From assembly GCA_046757165.1 (NCBI GenBank), contig JBHHXT010000002.1, positions 40,928 to 104,927 on the forward strand: DNA of 64,000 nt, written 5' to 3'. The stretch is from a bacterium (lineage in GTDB: Bacteria > Zhuqueibacterota > Zhuqueibacteria > Oceanimicrobiales > Oceanimicrobiaceae). Position 1 is the first letter of the stretch. Every line of letters begins with the position of its first letter. The position numbers and the translations under genes were made by a program. The notes below the pieces were generated by a model. It worked only from the letters and a program-made list of their open reading frames with translations, did no database searches and had not been told where the DNA came from. Shown here in pieces: positions 58,966-64,000 of this stretch.

Positions 58966-59041
58966 AGAAAAGCCGGCAAAAGCCGGCTTTTCCTAGTCTC
59001 CCACATCTAAAGGTAAGAAAGGTAGATGTGATATTGTAGGG
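58966..59041 (-). ncRNA. Candidate small RNA (sibling 1)
   Basis: TTGCAT-17-TACATT promoter (59076-59048), CACAUCUA-[CCUUUCUUACCUU]-UAGAUGUG hairpin, AAAAGCCGGC/GCCGGCUUUU terminator. Confidence 0.55.
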
Positions 59042-59105
59042 GGTTATAATGTAGGGGTATTGTTGCTAAAATGCAAGCTTTTTTCACTTACATAATTGAT
59101 TGATG

Positions 59106-59180
59106 TGCCCCTAGCAGGACTCGAACCTGCGGCACATGGTTTAGGAAACCACTGCTCTATCCGGACTGAGCTATAGGGGC
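59106..59180 (-). tRNA. tRNA-Arg (CCT)
   Basis: GCCCCTATAGCTCAG...GTGGT-TT-CCT-AA-ACCAT...GGTTCGAGTCC. Confidence 0.95.
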
Positions 59181-59267
59181 GCTCAAATCACAGCAGAAAA
59201 CGTGATGCGCTTAAAGCAAAGCAAAACAAAACGCGGATCATTCATAACGGTCTTCAATTTAAAGAAG

Positions 59268-59341
<74 letters not shown>

Positions 59342-59456
59342 TAAATCTTACCAGCGGTAAATATAACATTTCCCCCAAAGACAGTCAAGATATTTTTGTC
59401 AATACGGGATATCAACGTTGCGCCGACAAGCTCCCTTCCGACTCCGACTGCTGGGA

Positions 59457-60818
59457 TCAAATCCAGCTTGTCAACCACATGCGCTGATAAAACGCGCCGA
59501 CCGGAATGGGGAGCGCCGTCCAAATCGGATAGAAATAAATGGCAGCAAGAATGATGGCAAGAATTGCCCCTGCGGCTGTTTCTCTGCGCCAACCTTGCAG
59601 CAACCAGAGTTTGTGGAACGCTGAGGCCGTAAGAATGATGGCAAACGGTAGCGCTCCCATAAAATGATACAAGAACGTCGCTCTTGAGATCAACGCAAAA
59701 GGCAAATAGTGCACGGCCATAACAAGAAGTGCGAATTGTGCGCCAAATTCACGCCGAAAGAATGCGGACCACAGGCTAAACATCATGGCCGGGAGTGCCA
59801 GCCACCACAGGATTGGATTTCCGAGATTCAGAATCGTTCGAACTTGATGTGTGCCCGGGTCCACTTCCCAATAATAATTGACCGGCCGCAGCAGAAGTGG
59901 CCAGCTCCACCACGGCGAGGCGTAACCATGCCCATCCTTCAGATGCGCATGGTATCCGAACATCTGTTTGTGAAGCTCCACAAATGGGAATTGTGGGTTT
60001 TGGTTTAAATGAATCACGAAAGTTGAACAATAGAGTGCGATCGGCAAGATGATGCAGCAGAGCAGAATGACAGACGGGTGAATGTTCGAGATTCGTCGCA
60101 TGTTCGCACTTGGGGCCAGCAACCGGGCGCGCCAGGACCATTTTCTGTTCACCAGGGTGGCCACGTAACAAACCAGGATGACGCCGAAACTCGCCACACC
60201 GATCCACTTGACCGCGGCTGCTGCGCCCACGCAAACACCGGCGCCGGCCAGATAGAGCCAGCGCGGTTTTTCAACGATTTCCTCACCGCTTTTCAGAAAA
60301 AGGGAATACGCCGCCAACGAAAATAGAACGGCAAAAATGTTGATCAGACCTGCCCGTGACTCCACCAAAAGCAAGCCGTCGAGCGAAGCGAAGAGCGCCG
60401 CCAGGAATGCGACCGGACGGCTGTTGAAGAGCCGCTTGCCCAGTTGGTAGATGAGCAGGATGACAAGAATGCCTGCCAGCGCAGCCATCACACGATAGCC
60501 GAGAGGATTGAATCCAAAAAAACGAATCCCGATGGCGATCAAATACTTACCCAGCGGCGGATGACTGTCAAAAAAACGAGTTCCTTGCAGATAGTTTCGT
60601 GCATGGACCGGAAAGTAAACTTCATCAAAAACGAATTTGTCCGGCTGGTCAATTCGCCAAAAGCGCAAAAACCCACTGAACGTCATCAGACACAAAAGAA
60701 TGAGCTTGTCAATCCTGGCTGAAAACCATGGCAGGAGCCGTTCGCGCATATTTGCCAAGAGAGGGTTCCTATCAAGCTCGTGTATCAATTGGGGAAATTG
60801 GTTTTGATAGAAAGACAT
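59457..60818 (-). CDS. Polyprenyl-phosphate-mannose--protein O-mannosyltransferase (PMT, GT39)
   Basis: VFDEVYF acidic motif, HPPLGK, KW.G, H.Y.S.WWSWPL..RP, LGNP..WW, FLYH; multi-TM. Confidence 0.85.
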   Translation of the reverse strand: MSFYQNQFPQLIHELDRNPLLANMRERLLPWFSARIDKLILLCLMTFSGFLRFWRIDQPDKFVFDEVYFPVHARNYLQGTRFFDSHPPLGKYLIAIGIRFFGFNPLGYRVMAALAGILVILLIYQLGKRLFNSRPVAFLAALFASLDGLLLVESRAGLINIFAVLFSLAAYSLFLKSGEEIVEKPRWLYLAGAGVCVGAAAAVKWIGVASFGVILVCYVATLVNRKWSWRARLLAPSANMRRISNIHPSVILLCCIILPIALYCSTFVIHLNQNPQFPFVELHKQMFGYHAHLKDGHGYASPWWSWPLLLRPVNYYWEVDPGTHQVRTILNLGNPILWWLALPAMMFSLWSAFFRREFGAQFALLVMAVHYLPFALISRATFLYHFMGALPFAIILTASAFHKLWLLQGWRRETAAGAILAIILAAIYFYPIWTALPIPVGAFYQRMWLTSWI

Positions 60819-60832
60819 CCGGGTTTACGGGT

Positions 60833-62839
60833 TTATTTACTCGTGCCATCGTCAGATGGCATGGGTTTGTTCGACAAGCCAACTCTATCGATCTTGTAAA
60901 TGGCGTACGTCTGGCTGGCCAGAAAGATGGGGTATTCCGATCTGAACCAGTCGATTTGTGCGCCAAACTCTTTTCGCTCGTTGGGCCCCACCACAACGTA
61001 GTCAATTGCCATATCCTGCAATAACTTCAGTCCCCCCTCTTTTTCGGTATAGATCGTTCTTATAGCCTCTTGCATAGGGACATAATCCAGGCCGTGGGAA
61101 TAGATGTGACCTGCATACCCCATTACAACCGCGCGTCCGGCCAGGGTCAGAAAATTGTTATGGATGGGCGCAGCCAAGAAGACATCACTGTTTCGGGTCT
61201 TGCTGCTGACTTCACGCGCGAGCGCGACTTCCTCGGCAGAAAGTTCTTGCCAGCCGCCGCCCTGAAGCTCGTGAGTCAGATTCAGGCTGCCTGAAAAAAC
61301 CAGTGCCAGCAAGGCTAGGCGAAAGGCCATGGCATGAAGCCACCATGACCGGGACTGGTACAAGAAGACGAGCAGCCTCGCTACAGCCGGCAAGGAGAGC
61401 AGATACCAGAAGATCAAAATCTTATTGTTATCATAGGCGAAAGGGGCGAACAGAAACAGATTGCCAACAATGAACAGCAAGCCAAAGGGAAGATAAAAAC
61501 GAACCGTCTGTTTGCGAATGTTCAGTCGCTTGTGCAGGAGCAAAGCTGTCACCAACAAGGGAATAAAAACACCCAGATTCTTGAGCCAAAACCAGACAAG
61601 GTTGTCAGAATCTGCCATCCAACCCGCATGGTAGCGCACGGCTTTCAAGGAGACTTTCGAAAACAAAAGAAACCAGATCTGAGGGGCCGCGAGCGTCAAG
61701 GCTACGCCGCCAAAGATCAGCCAGGGGCGAAGCTGAGCATGTCTGGATTTGCTGCGGAGCAGCAAGGTGACCATCCAGTAGGTGGCAACCATCGCCAGCG
61801 TCAGGAAAGTATGTGTATGAAACAAAGGAAGAAGGCCCACGAGCAGACCCGCGGCCCAGGCATTCTCGAGCCGGTTCTTCTTAAAGCCATTCCACCAGAT
61901 CAAAATGACCGAGAGTCCAATTGGAAACCCAAACAAGAATGAACGCTGCGGGATCAGATGCGCCAGAGTTGGGTTGACCCAGTGTATTTTGACTTCAGCA
62001 AGATTCGTATAGCGACGGGGCAAATGTTGCAGGAGCTGCCAAATAGGCTCTGGTGCAAGATACACATCTTTGAGAAACCACAGGAAGCCAAACCCGCCAG
62101 CCAAAATGAAAAGCACCGGCACCAGCAGAGCGGCGGCATGATTTCGGACGAGGCGATAGCTCAAATAGTAAAGCAGCGTCAGGGTCATGCTGTTCAACAA
62201 AACCCCGGGCCATTCAACGGCGGTTTCGAGCGGAAGCCCAAAACGCATCAGGATGGCGCTGAGAAAGTCAGACATGAAAGGGTAGGTCAACGGCTCTCCG
62301 GCGAGAATCGTGCTTCTCAGGTGCAATTCGGGATCGCCGACAAAAGAGGTGATCAGGCTGAGATGAAACGGCAAGTCCCCCCAGGCATCGATGAAACCGG
62401 TGGAGAGTGCGCCATCCTGCCAGACGATCAGGCGCTTCATCAAGTAACCGAACAGAAGCAGGGAAACCAGGAACGTCAGCAGTCCATAACCATCGGTTTT
62501 GCCTGGCGTCAGGCGAGTGCCGGAGATCTTGCTCCAGCGAAAAATCGGAGTGGACTTTGTCCGGCGATGATTCAGGAGCACGCCCGCGGCAACCAGCATG
62601 AACGCCTGGACGATGATCAACACAACTCTTTGAAATTCGAGAAGGTAGCTTGCCAGAAATCCGCTCGCAGTAAACAGCGCCAGCCCGAATGTGGCGGCCA
62701 GCAAGGCTCGCTCGCCCGTGAAAAAAGCACCTTTGAGATACCTCCAGGCCAAGACAGAGCCCAGACTCATTGGAGCGACCAGGAGCCCAATGACTCCCAG
62801 AACATGAACTCCGGCGACCTCAGTGTGGAATACTTCCAT
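60833..62839 (-). CDS. Large polytopic membrane protein, probable GT-C fold glycosyltransferase
   Basis: More than 12 TM helices, WGDLPFH loop, YPFM.D, PQRS.L, H.HTF, soluble C-terminus GR..VMGY.G...SHG...IDYVVVGP.E. Confidence 0.65.
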   Translation of the reverse strand: MEVFHTEVAGVHVLGVIGLLVAPMSLGSVLAWRYLKGAFFTGERALLAATFGLALFTASGFLASYLLEFQRVVLIIVQAFMLVAAGVLLNHRRTKSTPIFRWSKISGTRLTPGKTDGYGLLTFLVSLLLFGYLMKRLIVWQDGALSTGFIDAWGDLPFHLSLITSFVGDPELHLRSTILAGEPLTYPFMSDFLSAILMRFGLPLETAVEWPGVLLNSMTLTLLYYLSYRLVRNHAAALLVPVLFILAGGFGFLWFLKDVYLAPEPIWQLLQHLPRRYTNLAEVKIHWVNPTLAHLIPQRSFLFGFPIGLSVILIWWNGFKKNRLENAWAAGLLVGLLPLFHTHTFLTLAMVATYWMVTLLLRSKSRHAQLRPWLIFGGVALTLAAPQIWFLLFSKVSLKAVRYHAGWMADSDNLVWFWLKNLGVFIPLLVTALLLHKRLNIRKQTVRFYLPFGLLFIVGNLFLFAPFAYDNNKILIFWYLLSLPAVARLLVFLYQSRSWWLHAMAFRLALLALVFSGSLNLTHELQGGGWQELSAEEVALAREVSSKTRNSDVFLAAPIHNNFLTLAGRAVVMGYAGHIYSHGLDYVPMQEAIRTIYTEKEGGLKLLQDMAIDYVVVGPNERKEFGAQIDWFRSEYPIFLASQTYAIYKIDRVGLSNKPMPSDDGTSK

Positions 62840-62902
62840 AATTGGCTTGCAACAAGCTTAGAGGGTGCCAGTCCCCGTCATATCACGGACTTGCCAGAGA
62901 GT

Positions 62903-63685
62903 TCACGCAGACGCATGAACAACCATGGGGTCGAGTGGCTCTTGAGTCAGACCGGTTGAAAAGGCCAGTCTCATTCGCAAGAGTCCCATAAAGTGTTCGG
63001 AAACTGTCTGGGCAATCTTGACCCTGGAATCAGGATCGTCTGTCCAAAGCACGGGTACCTCGAAAAGAGGAAATCCAAAATGCTCTGCCAACAGGAGAAG
63101 CTCTGCGTCAAAGAACCACCCCTGGTTCTCGATGAGCGGAACGAGTGCCTGAACGGCTTTTCGTGAGACTGCTTTGAAGCCGCACTGCGAGTCTGTGAAA
63201 TGACAGTGAAAAAACAATTTGAGCAAGCCGATGTAGCCGCGTGACAGGATTTCGCGTTTCACCCCTCGTTTGACCACGGCCCCTTTTTTGTATCGGGAGC
63301 CAGAGACGATATCTGCTCGTCCTGTTGCTATCGCCTCAATCATCGGGATGAAACAACTCAAATCCGTCGACAAGTCCACGTCCATGTAGCTCAGAATGTC
63401 GGCGTTGCTGCGCAACCAGGCTTCACGAAGCGCCCGGCCACGACCTTTCAATGGAATGCGTAGGTAGGTGACCTTAGAAGATTGAGCAGCAAGTGATTGT
63501 GCGATGTCTGGTGTTGAATCAGTCGACGCGTTGTCAGCGATAACAATTCGCCAGTCGTAAGGACAGTTCTCAGACAGGAATTTTGTCAGCGTATGAACGC
63601 TTTCAGACAGTACCTTCTCTTCATTGTATACCGGCAGAACAACATCGATCAGAAAGACAAGGTTATTTGAAGTGTCCGAGTACAT
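62903..63685 (-). CDS. GT2 polyprenol-phosphate mannose/hexose synthase (Ppm1/Dpm1-like)
   Basis: VLPVYNEE, ADNASTD, KGRG.AL, YMDVDLS, DSQCGFK, WFFD.ELL. Confidence 0.88.
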   Translation of the reverse strand: MYSDTSNNLVFLIDVVLPVYNEEKVLSESVHTLTKFLSENCPYDWRIVIADNASTDSTPDIAQSLAAQSSKVTYLRIPLKGRGRALREAWLRSNADILSYMDVDLSTDLSCFIPMIEAIATGRADIVSGSRYKKGAVVKRGVKREILSRGYIGLLKLFFHCHFTDSQCGFKAVSRKAVQALVPLIENQGWFFDAELLLLAEHFGFPLFEVPVLWTDDPDSRVKIAQTVSEHFMGLLRMRLAFSTGLTQEPLDPMVVHASA

Positions 63686-63706
63686 AATGGCCTCCCTTCA
63701 GTTAGT

Positions 63707-63734
63707 TGACCGCCATCTTTGCAGATGGCGGTCA
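63707..63734. terminator. Strong intergenic hairpin
   Basis: TGACCGCCATC-tttgca-GATGGCGGTCA. Confidence 0.55.
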
Positions 63735-63754
63735 CTTTGCTTATTCGTCTGTGC

Positions 63755-64000
63755 TCATCGTTTGCGAATTTTCTTTGCGTGCGTTCTGTTGTCAGTCGGG
63801 GAAGGTCCCCAGGCGTCAACCGAATCACCCACATTGAATTCATTCAACGTGACGTGGTTGTCTGCTGCGTCTTCCAATTCCGTTGTGCTGGTCACAACGA
63901 ACGTGATGCCTGCCACCGTCACTTCGCCGCTATGGTCACCATTGATGACCAGATCCTGGATCGGGCCACGTACATGAATCTCTGGTGACGATGACGGACT
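63755..64000 (-). CDS. DUF5666-like domain protein, C-terminal part (partial at window edge)
   Basis: Minus frame reads SPSSSPEIHVRGPIQDL...VTVAGITFVVTSTTELED...FNVGDSVDAWG...AKKIRKR*; not in the ORF track because its start lies outside the window. Confidence 0.65.
   Translation of the reverse strand, partial: SPSSSPEIHVRGPIQDLVINGDHSGEVTVAGITFVVTSTTELEDAADNHVTLNEFNVGDSVDAWGPSPTDNRTHAKKIRKR

Noticed and set aside
61958..62959. 333-aa plus-strand ORF
   Set aside because: Antisense shadow of the hydrophobic membrane-protein gene (Q/E/K-rich mirror composition)

Overview
Bacterial core-genome window, mostly intact housekeeping genes. The protein set and style (FlgD-Ig tail, DUF4296-like protein, kinase-less PASTA protein) suggest a diderm FCB-group lineage such as KSB1 or Calditrichota; this is an inference. 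The + strand (1-42.8 kb) carries mltG-pcrA, a giant TPR protein, an ECF sigma/anti-sigma/VIT-vWA locus, nadC-mce-uvrC-purL-hutH-hisS, radA-tgt-yajC-def-fmt-rsmB-PASTA-rpe, csp and xerD-birA. The - strand (43-64 kb) carries rimP-nusA-infB-rbfA-truB-ribF-rpsO-pnp, four tRNAs and a protein O-mannosylation-type locus. No CRISPR array, prophage or transposase was seen. Two observations stand out. (1) A collapsed flagellar locus at 36.4-42.8 kb retains the regulators (FlgR/FleR-type sigma54 activator, sigma54-driven FliA, GAF protein, HATPase-less REC-PAS-HisKA, CsrA) plus an FlgA N-terminal fragment and a TPR protein, with no intact structural genes. (2) Three unannotated intergenic minus-strand transcription units, one sigma54-type at 25.4-25.7 kb and two tandem sigma70-type at 58.8-59.1 kb, share a C/U-rich motif (AUCU..AC.UUC..ACCUU) and form a candidate sibling sRNA family. 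All family calls come from motif recognition by eye; no database searches were run.
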